DNA from: Camelus dromedarius
Lineage: Eukaryota
Length of the DNA: 64,000 nucleotides
Direction of reading: 5' to 3'
NCBI RefSeq assembly: GCF_036321535.1
Contig: NC_087436.1
Coordinates: 96,660,001-96,724,000 of the forward strand
This document shows positions 25,194-38,384 of the stretch, in pieces. A program made the translations under genes and the position numbers. Below the pieces are notes generated by a model that did not search any database, was not told the origin of the DNA, and worked only from the letters and a program-made list of their open reading frames with translations. The stretch's first letter is position 1, and each line of letters opens with the position of its first letter.

Positions 25194-26524
25194 TATTTAA
25201 CCAAAGTTCTCAGGATGTCTCCAACATACATCCTCCACAAAATTAAGCCATTTTTTTTTCATCTTTTTCACATCCAGCTCACTTCTGTTTCTATGACTTG
25301 CCTGGAGTCTAAACTTTAATTCATGTTTACCTTTAATAAAATGATCTTTTTCTCTTCTGATACTTTATATTATCATACATATCTGATTAAAATTTAATTT
25401 GTGTTATTCTCTTTCTTCTTCCACAGAAATATAAATACAGACTGAAAGTGAGTTAAGAGTTGGAAGAAACTTAGAAACAACATGACCTTAGGGATCATGT
25501 AGTTATGCTGCTTTCTTTTGCAGATAAGAAAAATGATTAAAAGAGGTTATTTTAAAATCTGGAACCTCAACGGTGCATAATTCTCTCTTTTTTGGTGTTC
25601 ATCACAGAGGATTTGGTCTCAGAAGATGCTTAGTAAGATGCGCTGCATTTATTTTTATTTAGAAATGGGGAAAATGTCATAGTAAAATTTAATTTTCACT
25701 GGGACTGCTTAGGGAAACTCATTTCAAACCAGCCTCTAGGAACTTTAAAACAACAGAATAATGACTCATTAATTTAACTTCTAGATCTTTCTAATATAAA
25801 ATGTATGACTTTGGCAAATAGCTTTCAATACCGCTGATACCATCTGTTATTCTTTTCTGGTTCAGTCCTACCACATTGTACTTCCCCAGAAGGGAGTGTG
25901 ACCCCAAGTATGCACCAAACAGAACATATCAAGCTAAGGTCTGAAAAAGGGAAAACAGTTTATTAAATGAAAATTATTGTGAAAATCTATAATAAATATT
26001 GTAGTAAACTTTATATTTTCATTTTAGCAAATTAAATTGCAAAGCCTTGGTAGTGTATCCTGTATCTTCACTGTTCACATACTCTAGTGTTTGATTTCTA
26101 AATTGCTTTTTCTGAAACATACACTCCTAGATTGAATATTATTCAGGACCAACATTAGGTAAAGGCAGACCTAATTTCTATTTGCTTGTGCTCTTATGCA
26201 AGATAAGCTTTTCTGTTGATAAAATATTATTCATAATTTTTGAATTATTATCTATTATGTCTTCCAGGATACTCATTAGGTAAAACTGGTTTGCCTTGTT
26301 ATCTTACTCCTTAGTTGTCATAGATAGTTTGAAATATATCTGAAATATAAACTTCTTGAGATCACAAACTATGACTTATTCAACCTCCTTATACATTTAC
26401 TGCACATTGTACATAGCATATATTCAATAAATGTATAATTGACTTCTTCCTTATTGAATTTGTGGCAAATCAGTGGTCACACATACAATATTATATGTAA
26501 AACCTTTCCTTAACAATAGAATGT

Positions 26525-28140
26525 ACAGACTTTTCTGTACTGTTTATGTTCTGTTCTCTGTTCTGCATTTTCTGTTTATTTTTATATCAATATTACCCTG
26601 TCTTAATTACTGAAGTTTTAAAGTCCATCTCGAAGTCGAGTAATACCTGTCTTCTGACTTGTTTTTCATGATTGTCTTGCCTGCTTTAGGTTTTTGCACT
26701 TTCATATACATTTTGGAATCAAGATATGAATTTTTACAGAATGGCCTTCTGTAGTTTTAGTTTATATTGGGTCTTGATAGTGAGAATATAATGATCCATG
26801 TTAGAACAAGAGGCATTTTAATAATGTTGAGTATTCCAGTCCAGAAACAAGGTACAACTCTCCATTTAATTGTGTCCTTTTATTTTACTCTGTAATGTCT
26901 TATAGTTTTCTGTATGAAAGTCTTTTACATATTTTTTTAAAGATTTATGTCTTGATTTTTGATTTTTTGATGTTCTTTATAAATAGTACTTGTTTAATTT
27001 TCATTTTCTGATTCTCTTTTTAGAAATAGAAATGCCATTTTGCATCTATTCATCATCCTTATCTTATTAATTCAAATATTTTATAGAATTTTGAGTTATG
27101 ATGTATTCATCTGGGAATAGACTGTTTAATTTTTCTTTCCAATATTTATACCTTTGTTTTCTTATGTTATTGCACTGACTTCCAGTACAATGTTACAGAA
27201 ATGACAACAGTAACAGCCTTCTCTTGTGTCTGACCTCAAGGAAGAATCTTTGAAATTTTATCATTAAATATGATGTTAGCTTTTGGTTTTGTATTTCTTC
27301 TTATTCCTGGTTCTTCCTGAATATTTACTTCTATCAAATACTTGTTCTGAATCTATTGAGAAAATCATATAGTATTTTCTCTTTTCTTTCACTGATGTGG
27401 TAAATTACTTGGTTGATTTTTAAATGTTAATTTAGCCTTTTATTACTAAGATAAAATTGAGGTTTAATATGTTAGTATTTGCTTATAATTTTTGCACCTA
27501 TGTTTATGAGACATATCAAACTATAATCATTTCTCACATTGGTCTTAGGGTTTGGTATCACATTCAGAGTTGCCTCTTTTTCTGCTCTCTGAAAGACTGC
27601 AAAAGATTTTGTTTTATATCATCCTTAAATGTTTGGAAAAATTCATTAGTGAAAAAATCTCAGTTGGTGTGTTCTGTTTGTAAAAATTTTCTTTTGTAAA
27701 TTATGGATTCAATTCCTTTAACAGGTACATGACTATTCAGATAACCTACTTTTTCTTGTGTTAGTTTTAGTAAATTTTTAAAAGATCTAAAACATTTCAT
27801 CCCAGCTGTCAAATTTGTTGGCATAACTTTAAAAGTAATATTCTATTTTTAATATTTATGGTATCAGAATTGATGTCCCATTTTTTCCTTTCAGATTTAG
27901 TACGGTGTCTTTTCTATTTGTCTTGATCAGTCTTTTCACAATTTTATCACTTTCGAAAATCAAACTTGACTTTCTTTTATTTGTTTTATACATTTATAAT
28001 CTACTTCATGAATTTCTGGCCAAAGCTTTATTGTTCCTTTCAGTCTGCTTTCATTGGGCTTAAATTGCTTTTAATTTTCTTAGCTTCTTATGATGGAAAC
28101 TTTCAGCACTGTTTTAAAAACATTTTTATTTCCTAACTTA
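26525..28140 (-). mobile_element. Old L1 (L1M-type) ORF2 remnant
   Basis: T-rich antisense ORF2 motifs 'tgtcttaattactgaag...', 'tcattaaatatgatgttagct', 'aaatgtttggaaaaattcattagtgaa'. Confidence 0.75.
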
Positions 28141-28959
28141 TGCTAAAATGCATGCTTATTTCCTTCTAACACAAACCCTTTATACTCACTAACAACTCTA
28201 TTACTCTTTCTCTGAACATCTTAAATCCATTCTTTTAGACATAACCCTGAATAATTGGACAAGACAATCATTTCACCCTTTCTGGGATAAGAAAGAGTAA
28301 AGTGAAGGAAGAAGGGAAAAAATGAAAAAGATAGCAAAGAAAGTTGTACTAGAACATTCATAAAATTCCTTCTGGTACTAAAATTTTGACCCTTTAAATA
28401 GCCTAAATGACTTGACTCCATGCTTTCCAATCATCTCTATGTAAAAACTAAGCAGTCACTGTGAACTCAGTGTACAAATGGGCTTTTATATCTAGAAAGG
28501 CCAGGTGAACTGCTCAAAGGCTGAACAAGGACAACCAGGGTGATGGGTGTTTGCTGTGGGGGAGTCTAATCACTTGTCCCTTTGAATGGGTCTTATCCTA
28601 TAGGTGGTAAAATTTATGTATGTCTAAAGTATTAACCTGAAACTTCCCCTCAGCTTTCTTATGTTAAATCTTATGTAGTCTGGGTACATGTCTGACTCAC
28701 TGACATATATAGTTTTTCATACAAACTCAAGGTCATAAGTTCAGTTGCTTCTACGGAATGTGTATGTAGATGAATGAAATAATGATTCTAATATTTCAAT
28801 ATTATTATTTTTAGTTTTTAGTATTGCAGCTGGAACTTAGCTTTGGTGTAGATGAGACACCAAAGTTAAAATCTTTGTTCCTTGATATGCACACTTGTCA
28901 GACTAATAATTTCTTTGGGGGATCATAGATGAGAAAGAATTATATATTCTTTTTTTATT

Positions 28960-29190
28960 AGTTCATTAATTATTTCTGCAAATATCTACTGAATATCAAT
29001 AATATGTCAAGACAACCATGCAAGGTATAGGGAATAAAATGGCAAACAAAACCAGACTGGATTTCTGCTCTTCTGGCACTTTTAGTTGAGTGAGGGTCAT
29101 AATCAGTAATAAAATAATCAGGTAAAAAATGTAAAAGTACCACTGGGAGAAGTACTGTGACAGGACACTTAAGATAGGAAGGAGCTTCAA
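28960..29190 (-). mobile_element. L2 3' fragment
   Basis: 'caaatatctactgaat...caaggtatagggaataaaatggcaaacaaaacc'. Confidence 0.55.
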
Positions 29191-29734
29191 CTCAATTCCT
29201 TAGACCTTATTCTAGAGAAGAAGTATTATAAGCACATCTTTTATGCTAGCCAGCTTCGAGGAAAAAATGGAATAAATAATTCACCTCCTTTTTACAGAGG
29301 CTTTAAAGAAGAATTCTCTTTCTATGGAGTTTTACGTAACTCTGTTCCAGGATCATGAGACTCAGTGGACATGTAGGTTGAATTGAGGTTACCCAGAGGA
29401 AGGTTTTTCAGACAGCGACTATTCTTGTCTTTTCTTCATCCTAACAGGTCCTTTAATACTCTCTAGTTGCTGAGGAAAATTTACTCCCTAACTCTTTTAT
29501 GCTCCAGTTCTTCATAAGACTTTTCTGTGTCTGCCTCAGGAGAAAGTGGAAGGCTTTATAAAACATTCAGAGATCATGAGAGTAAATTAAATACATGCAG
29601 GATGTAGACACTAGCACTGAATGACAAACTTACCAAGAGAACCTCCAAAAGACTCTCCCCTTGGGTTGAGTGACACCCAGTTACCCTCTTTGTAGGGATT
29701 CCTTTTCAGCTATTATTCTGATATAATCAACTAC

Positions 29735-29980
29735 AAATATTTATGTTGGAATGTCTAATTTCTTTTATTGTACTGTAATATGTATCAGGTATTGTTCGAA
29801 ATGTCTCATAGGCATTAGTTGATTTAATCCTCAAAAGACTTTTGAAAATAGGTGTTACTTATTTCTATAGTACAGATTAACAAACTAAGGATGAGAGAAA
29901 TTTAGCAATTTAGGAAGATCAGATAGCTGCTAAATGTCCATCATGGATTTTGAACTCAGGCTTTTTGAGTCCTAATGGGT
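29735..29980 (-). mobile_element. MIR SINE
   Basis: 'atttaatcctca...acagattaacaaactaagg...ggattttgaactcaggc'. Confidence 0.6.
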
Positions 29981-31224
29981 GGCAATACTATTTACTTTAC
30001 TAATCATTATTACTTGTCCCATCATTTTCTGTTTTTCCTTAAATCAAGTTTGAGCGCTACCTATATTTGATCCTATTCTCTGCTACCTATCATGCCACAA
30101 GTAACTGGCTGATGTTTACCAAGTATTTTGAGGCTCCAGAGACTTAATTTTTATTTAGGAATGATGTAGGCAAAGAAGAAGGATTAGAGTTACCTTTAAA
30201 AAATTGGTACTGTTACTCTGGGAGCTCTAAAATGTGTTCACAATTTTAAAAGGACATGGGCAAAAAAGGCTGCTTACCTCTAGTAATAGAGTTGACTATA
30301 TTGTTGTAACAAGATCACGCAAAATATGTATTTCCCACAGATCTGAGCTCTGGAGCAATTATAATAGCAATAGTAACCATTTTAGTTGTGTTGGAGAAAA
30401 AGAAAAAAAGAAAAGGGAAGAAGTCAATGGAATAATATTAATAAATAGTAGAAAGGAAATTGAACAACTCTAAACTTTCTGGTTTTCTCTCTTCAGTCAA
30501 AAAGAACGAACTTCAGAGTCTTAGAGGGAAAAGTAACCCAATATAAGAAAGAGTTTGAAAGAGTAGTTTGGTGCTCTAAGGGAATTTATGTCTCTTTCTC
30601 ACCCACATAAATTATACAGGAGAGATGAGATTTAAAAATAGGATTTTAAACATGGTAAAAGAATAGAAATTGGTGGTTCCGTCCCCCATGGCTCCTGAGA
30701 GTTGCTTTTTTGTATTAATTCATCCTCCAGTCCTTACTCTCCTAGGTTCTTTTGATCCAACTGAGACATATGTATAAATCTTCTAGATGTTTTAGCAGGC
30801 ATCTGTGAGTGCAACCTCCAGGTGAATTTTTTTTACCTCTCTTTCAGCTTCAGTGGATAACATCAACCAACTTAGCTCCTGTGGCAGAATAAGATAAGCT
30901 TGGGTTTAGAAATCAGAGATTCAGTTCTTTCACTTACTCCCCAGTAAAATGCACTACAAAAATGCCTCTCTTACAGGTCTATGGTGATAATTAAATGAGC
31001 TAATATATGTAAAAAGTGTTTTGACCATATTTATCTTTTTCATTAAGAGATCAAGTCTTTTGCCATTTATTCACTTCAACCAAAGTATCTTAGGGACTCA
31101 AATGAAATGCACAGGAAAACTCAAGTAAAAATGAAGATTTCTTATGTCAGTTTTTAGATTACATATACCAAATATACCCCAAAACACTCTGCTTTGGACA
31201 AAAAACAAAAACAAAAAGCAGGGC

Positions 31225-31425
31225 ATTGGATTTAGATTAAACTATAGTTTAAATTGCAGGTCTGGCATTTAATGTGTGACCTTAGGCAACTGAGAAACAA
31301 AGATAATAACAACACCAACATCACAAGAACAGTCTAAAAATCAAATGTAATAAACCTATAAAATACTTGGTACTGTGGCTGGCTATACATATGGTTGGCT
31401 TAGTAAATGTAAGATATTGTTATTC
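31225..31425 (+). mobile_element. MIR SINE
   Basis: 'tgtgtgaccttaggcaac...aaatcaaatg...tagtaaatgt'. Confidence 0.5.
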
Positions 31426-31692
31426 TTTATTATTATTATTTGTAAAAGTTGTATTCCCTTGGTTTAGGTACTATAATCCGTGTAGCTAAAGTCTCACTTT
31501 TGCTGAGATGTTTTTGATAAACCTCTAGGCGGTAGACATGCTTCAAGGCATGAAAGGGATGGTGCCCAGGCTCCAGGGGAAGAGATTTCCTTAGCAAAAT
31601 AGATACAACAATCAGTGATATAAAAGAAGGAAAGGGGAGAGAGATGGAGGAGTAGGCAGGCAAGTTGGTAAAATGTTATATATTGTGCAATA

Positions 31693-32755
31693 AGCAAACA
31701 AAAAGACAACGTAAACCTATGGAATGGGAGAAAATGTTTGCAAATGATGTGACTGACAAAGGCTCACTTTCCAGAATATATAAACAGCTCAAACAACTTA
31801 ATAACAAAAAAACAAACAACTCAATCCAAAAATGGGCAGAAGACCTAAACAAGCAATTCTCTAATGAAGGCATACAATTGTCCAATAGGAATGTGAAAAA
31901 ATGCTCAATATCACTAATTATCAGAGAAATGCAAATCAAAACTACAATGAAGTATCACCTCACACCAGTCAGAATGGCCATCATTCAAAAGTCCACAAAG
32001 ATAAATGCTAGAGAGGGTGCAGAGAAAAGGGAACCTCCTACACTGCTGGTGGGAATGTAGTTTGGTGCTGCCATTATGGAAAACAGTATGGAGATTCCTC
32101 AAAAAACTAAAAATATTCTTACCATATGATCCAGCAGTTCCACTCCTGGACATCTGTCTGGAGGGAACTCTAATTCAAAAAGATATATGCATCCCAGTGT
32201 TCATAGCAGCACTATTTACAATAGCCAAGACATGGAAACAACCTAAATGTTCATCAACAGATGACTGGATAAAGAAGTTGTGGTATATTTGTACAATGGA
32301 ATACTTCTCAGCCATAAAAAAAAAAAAGAATAGCACAATGCCATTTGCAGCAACATGGTTGGATCTGAGGATCGTCATTCTAAGTGAAGTAAGCCAGAAA
32401 GAGAAAGAAAAATACCATGTGATACTCATATGTGGAATCTAAAAAAAAAAAAAGGAAAAAGAAAAAAGAGCACACTAATGAATTCATCTACAAAAGAAAC
32501 AGACTCACAGACATAGTAAACAATCTTATGGTTACCGAGGAAAGAGGATCGGAAGGGATAAATTTGGGAGTTTGAGATGTGCAAATGTTAACCACTATAT
32601 ATAAAAATAGATAAAAAACAAATTTCTCTGTATAACACAGGGGACTATATTCAATATCTTGTAATAACCTTTAATAAAAAGAATAGAAAACAAATATGTG
32701 TGTATGTGTGTCTGTGTGTGTGTATATATATATATATATACACACACATACGTAT

Positions 32756-32786
<31 letters not shown>

Positions 32787-32859
32787 CACACATGACAGGG
32801 ACATTATCCTGTACTCCAGAAATTAACAAATTGCAACTGATTGTACTTCAATTAAAAAA
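31693..32859 (+). mobile_element. 5'-truncated lineage-specific L1
   Basis: ORFs 31665-32060 and 32005-32442 are the frameshifted ORF2p C-terminus ([28 protein letters not shown]). The 3' UTR is present. Candidate TSD tatatattgtgcaata/tatatatagtgcaata (31677-31692, 32864-32879). Confidence 0.95.
32695..32792. repeat. Compound (TG)n(TA)n(CA)n microsatellite in L1 3' UTR
   Basis: Directly visible. Confidence 0.9.
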
Positions 32860-33699
32860 TATATATATATAGTGCAATATGATGTATACCTTTTTATCTC
32901 CAAGTCAGTCGTCAACTCTTAGTGATGCTTTGTTTTTGTGAAAGTATGTTTGTGTGTGCCTTGTCTTCCATCTCCTGTAGGATATGATGCTAAAAATGGT
33001 TGATTTAGGTAGAGAAGGGCACATATGACATTTGTATGTTACATCCTCAGTGTTGATATGTGTTTCTTTTGACAGGAATGGTAGAATTGTAGCACTGGGT
33101 GATGAAATTGGTGGTGATAGGCTTGGCTAACAGTTCTAGCCTGTAATTGTTAAGTAATCCTGGCATTCCAATTTAATTATCTTCAGGATCTTTATATGTA
33201 AAACACCAGTGATTATAGTTAGCAGATACTCACAAAACCTACTGGGATTGCCCATTAAAACATCAATGGTTATATAACAATGTAACAGACATGCCATAGC
33301 TAACAACAACCAAGTCATGAGAGGAATTGGATAAACTCCCTGGCATTTTGTACTGGATATCTAAAAGTGATACCAATAATTTTGCATGCCTTTTAAAATC
33401 TTTCTCACATGAAGAAAGCTACCATGGGTTTTCTGGACTCTACAGATATCTAAAACAAAGCAAAGACACGTTCACCTTATTTTCCACTTTTTGTGTGTTT
33501 TTCCATTCTTTTCATATCCACTCTCTTACTTCTCTTCAATCTTCTCTGCCTCCACTTTACCTCTTTCTTCCAATAAATTACATTGGCCTCTGTCCATATT
33601 AAATAAATTCATCAGTAATAAACTTGTTTTGCTCCTCTGGCATCCACTGATTGAAAATCTGGTAGGTCAGAGGCCTGTGGGGGATAAAGATGACTCAGG

Positions 33700-34112
33700 T
33701 TTTGACTTGGTTTTTGAAGTAGACCTGTTATTTCTGTCTGACAGCCTTTTCTCCTTGGGGAAATCACCTTTCAGGACACAGAGTAGGCATATGACCATGG
33801 CTCCAGCCAAGGATGCGCATATAAGCCAAACAAGGTCAGACAGAGAGTCTTTTGCAGTGATTCACATGGAAAGAAAAATAAAGAGGCATTTTCTATTGTG
33901 GTTGTTAAACTAAGATAATGTGAGCTTAGCGCTACCGACAGCCATCTTGCCTGCCAAGTTTACTTCGTGCACACTGAATTCACATGGAGATTTGCATTGT
34001 TAAAGTGTCCACTCCTAAGATTCCCAGGAATATTTGTCAATAAATTCCCTTTTAGCTTAAGCTAGTTTGAATTGACTTTCTGTCAGTGGCATCCGAAGTG
34101 TCCTAATGAATA
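33700..34112 (+). mobile_element. MaLR LTR (MLT1J/K-like)
   Basis: 3' end 'caataaattcccttttagcttaagctagtttgaattgactttctgtc...gtcctaatgaata'. Confidence 0.7.
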
Positions 34113-34678
34113 TAGCCTTCAAGAGTTTACAGTCTAATAAGGGAATAGAGTTGGAGTGGCAAATTGTCCTGAGGTGGCCAAATTGAACAGTACAAGTATT
34201 TCCACTTGTGACTGAAAACAATAGCAGTATTGCAATGATGTATTACCTATTACTCTATCTCTATTTCACCTTGAGCCCTAGATCCCTAAGTTTCAAAGGA
34301 AACTTCATTTTTAGTGGTGGTGCTCTGATGTGTGTGTGGGTAAGAAGAATGAAATTGAAACCCTCTTCTCAACATCCTACCCACCCCATGAACTCTGTTA
34401 GGCTCCCTCAACCACTGTAAATGAACATATGACCTAGAGGAAAAATAATAAAAACTAACTAAAACAGTATGATAACTGTACAAGTGAAATGCCAACCTCC
34501 TAACCATTTTTCCCCAAAACTCTGCCTATTTATTTTTGGAGCTACCACTAGCTGCATTAACTAAGAACTAGCTTTGTACTAAAATCCTAATACCTGTTAA
34601 GGCTTGCCTTTGAAGTTTTATTTGCAATGTGGACGGGCAATAGCAAGTTGTGTAAAAGTTGCTTTTTATATCTGTCAT

Positions 34679-35150
34679 TGCCGATAAAAAATTAATCAGT
34701 TGATCCAAGAAAGAAATGGAAAATTTTATTTGAGTGATATTGAGGATTATAATTCAGGAACAGCATCTTGGAAAACTCTGAGAACTGTTCTGCCCATCAG
34801 AAGTCAAAGCTCAGTTATATAAGTTTTTTGGAACTGAGGGCCATACATTAAATGATGTATTATTGACAGTTCATACAATCCAGATCTGTAAGTACAAGTT
34901 GGTGGATCATCCCGACCACTTACAAGATCAAGAAGGAAGGTTACCTTTTAAGGAGTTGTCTTATTGGTTCTAGGAGAATGTTGCTCTTTACGTTAAGCAG
35001 ATATTTTTGCTGATGGAGGAGGATACACATAATGCAGATACCCAATGCACAGTAGAGCGGGGAGAGGAGGCCAATGGAGAGACAAGTTTTTTGTGTTTAA
35101 ATTTTTCTTCTCTTGCCATAAAATATACATTTTATGGCTTTTATTTCACA
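34679..35150 (-). mobile_element. ERV1-class solo LTR
   Basis: TG...CA termini, flanks tcat/ccat, antisense poly(A) signal (tttatt) near 34725, 'aaactctgagaactgttc' typical of ERV1 LTR antisense. Confidence 0.7.
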
Positions 35151-35271
35151 CCATCTTTAGCTTCCTTCTTTCAAAAATGCCTTTTTAAACTATAATCATA
35201 AGTGGTAAATAGTACTCTTCCAAATTCTGTTTTAGAGTGTTGATAATAATAAAATTCAAATAATAAAGTTT

Positions 35272-35826
35272 TATTGTCAAACACTGGTTCATGTGCCCAA
35301 CGCACAGTGAGGCCAAACTGAAATGTTGTAGTTCAGTGCAGAGAAAGGTTTATTGCAAGACCAAGCAAGGAGAATGGGTGGCTTGTGCTCAAAAACCTGA
35401 ACTCCCTGATGGTTTTCAGGGAAAAGTTTTTACAGGCAAAATTTGGGGTGAGGGCTGCAGGGTGTGTGACTTTTCCAGCGGGATGGTGGTGAGGTAATAG
35501 TGTAACGTTCCAGGAGTCTTGTGCTCTGCCGAAGTTACCATCCTCCACCCGCGTGGGGGCCTTAGTTCCTGAAGAAGAACTCGAAGATACAGTGTTATGT
35601 ATATTCCCTGAGTAGGAACCAGGACCCTGCCTCATCGCTGCAGTATTGTGTCTTAACTGCTCTTCCTTTCTTTCTGTATTCTTTCACTTCCCTAATTAGT
35701 AACTGTTTGAATCTGCCCTTTGAAATTCAGAGAAGGTCTAGGAGGCTGAAGCCTTTTCCCCAAAAATAAGAAATGAGGGACTCAGGATTTGTAAGGGAGT
35801 GTTGCACAGGATCCTGCTTGGTTTCA
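35272..35826 (-). mobile_element. ERV1-class solo LTR (LTR39-like artiodactyl type)
   Basis: 4-bp TSD gttt (35268-35271, 35827-35830); 'gcagagaaaggtttattgca'; ends 'gatcctgcttggtttca'. Confidence 0.75.
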
Positions 35827-35964
35827 GTTTGATGAGTACAAAGTACTAAACATGCCTTAATGACAAAAAAAATTGACAAATTATAATGTTATTTCTTCTT
35901 AACAGCTGAGCTTTCTACTTATACAGATCATCTCACACAGCATTGTTATGGTTAGGAACAAACT

Positions 35965-37558
35965 CTGCAGATAGTAAAACAAACTACAAAGCCTCTATAA
36001 TTAAAACACTATGTACTTGTATAAGAATAGACAGACTGACTGATGAAATAGAATGGAAAGAATACAAATTAACTCAACTGCATTTGAAAACTAGAATATC
36101 AGAAAAGTAGACTATCAAACCACTAGGGAAAAGGTGGGCTTTCAAATAAATGATGTTGGGAAAAGTGTGGTTCCATTTTGAAAATGAAATCAACTATACC
36201 TCAATTTAAAAAAGAACAAAGTGCAAAGAGATCTAAATGTAAAAAAATGTAAAAGAGAGTATAAATAAAAACTGTAAAAATAAGAGTGATGATCTATGCA
36301 AAAAATGAACTATACAAATGCTATAAGGAAGCATAGGGAAAGGCTTTTTTAATTCAAAATTAGATCTCAATGTAAAAAATGGAACTATAAAAGTAATATA
36401 AAAATTAATGTAGGGAAAGTCTATGCTTCAAAGTTCAGAGGCAATAAAAGAAAAGACATATAAATTTGACTATATAAATGACAAAGTACTTTTGTATGAA
36501 AAAATGTATTCAAAAAAGTCAAAAGATAATGACAAATTGGGAGAAAAAATTTGCAACATAAATTGCAAAATATTATACAAAGAACTTACAAAAATAGAGG
36601 GAAAAACACTTAAGTTCTGTAGAGTAATGAGCAAAAAGAATCTAAATATGATCTTTAAACGTTTGAAAAGATATCCATTGGTCGCAATTAGAGAAATACA
36701 AATTAAAATTACACTGAGACACTATTTCTTACTCGGCAGATTGATACAGATTCTAAAACTTGAAAACAGCCTCTACTGTGGAGAATATGTGAAAACAAGC
36801 ACTCATATACATGCTGGTGAGAATAAAAATTATAAAAGTCTACAGAGGGAAATTTGGCAGTATCTTAAAAAAAAATTGTATGTACTGCCCTTTGTCCTAG
36901 AAATCCTACTTCTGGAAATGTATCTTAGAGATGCATATCCAAAAATATCAAAATACATATGTACAAGTATAATCATTCCATAATTATTTTTAATTGCAAA
37001 ATGTTATCTGCTACCCAAATTTCTGAACATAGAAGATTTGTTAAATACACCAGGGTGCTTACACACAACAGAACATTATATAGCTGCAGAATTAAATGAG
37101 AGCTTTCTCTGTACTGATTCAGAGTCATTTCTAGGAGAAATTAAAGAGCATTTGTTCAAGTTAAAAAAGCAAACTGTAAAGAAGTATATGTAATATGCAA
37201 TCTTTTGTTTAAGAAATATGAATAAATAAGAAAAATTATCTTTATAAAAATTAACCTAAGTTGTCAAAAAAAGTAGAATGAAGTTGGTTACCTACGAGAA
37301 ATGAGGGGGCAGGGTAGAAAGAAAGTCAAGGAAATGACACATTTTTGAATATAGCTTTTGTATACTCTTGACTTAGGAAGCATGTTAGTATTCTTTATAG
37401 TCAAAAAAGAACTTTAAATTATAAAAATAGAAACAAAATCCAGAAAGTAAACTTAAAAAAATGAACTAACTTTTTTCCAAATGCATAACATAATCATAGA
37501 GAAGGGAGGAAAGTATATAAGAAGACTAATTCAAGTAGCTTTTTACAGACTTTGACTG
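35965..37558 (+). mobile_element. Old L1 (L1MC/MD-like) ORF2 end and 3' UTR, interrupted by Tigger1
   Basis: ORF 36423-36983 is decayed ORF2p (IREIQIKITLRHY, LPFVLEILLLEMY). The L1 resumes after 40304. Confidence 0.75.
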
Positions 37559-37587
37559 CAGGCATACTTCCTTTAATAAAAGGAGGT

Positions 37588-37948
37588 TCTGGGGGAAGGT
37601 ATATCTCAGGGATAGAGTATGTGTCTAGCATGCACAAGGTACTGGATTCAATCCCCAGTACTTCCATTTAAAAAAAAAAAAAGAAAATCTAATTACCTCC
37701 TCCCCACCAAAAAAAATTTTTTTTAAATAATAGGTAAATAAAATTTAAAAAAGATTCTTCTATATAGCACCAGGAACTATGTTCAGTATCTTATAATAAC
37801 TTTTAATGAAAAAGAATATGAAAACAAATATATGTATGTATATACATGACTGGGACATTGTGATGTACACCAGAAATTGACACATTGCAACTGACTGTGC
37901 TTCAATAAAATTTTTTTTAAATAATAAAAAATTTTAAAAAAATTAAAA
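37588..37948 (+). mobile_element. tRNA-derived SINE (camelid Vic-1 type) carrying an L1 fragment in its tail
   Basis: Head 'gggggaaggtatatctcagggatagag...gcatgcacaaggtactggattcaatccccagtacttcca' with decayed A/B boxes; tail 'ctaattacctcc'; 13-bp TSD aataaaaggaggt (37575-37587, 37949-37961). Confidence 0.85.
37733..37906 (+). mobile_element. Young L1 3' terminal fragment
   Basis: Closely matches the L1 3' UTR at about 32600-32855; 20-bp flanking repeat at 37713-37732 and 37907-37926. Confidence 0.85.
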
Positions 37949-38384
37949 AATAAAAGGAGGTGCTTTGTAGGTATTAAGTTTTTTTTTTGTTTGTTTATTG
38001 TTTTTTACAAATTAAAGATCTGTGGCAACCCTGCACTGAACAAGTCTTTTGGCCCCACTTTTCCAACAGCACTTGCTCATTTTGTGTCTCTGTGTCACGT
38101 TTTGGTAATTCTCACAATTTTGCAAACTTTTTCATTATTATTATATGTTATTTGATACTATGTAATTGTTTGGAGACACCATGAAATGTGCTCAAATGAT
38201 GAATTTAATTGATAAATAGTGTGTGTGTTCTGCCTGCTCCTTTGACTGGCCCTTTGACTGACCCTTCCCCTTTCTCTCTCCCTCTCCTCAAACCTCCTTA
38301 TTCCCAGAGACACAGTGATATTAAAATTAGGCCAGTTAATAACCCTACCATGTCCTCTAAGTGTTCACTTTACATCTAAAGCTA

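Noticed and set aside
36423..36983. Longest ORF (186 aa) as a host gene
   Set aside because: Decayed L1 ORF2 C-terminus inside an old L1.
37591..37667. tRNA gene
   Set aside because: Decayed A/B boxes, A-rich tail and TSD identify it as a SINE head.
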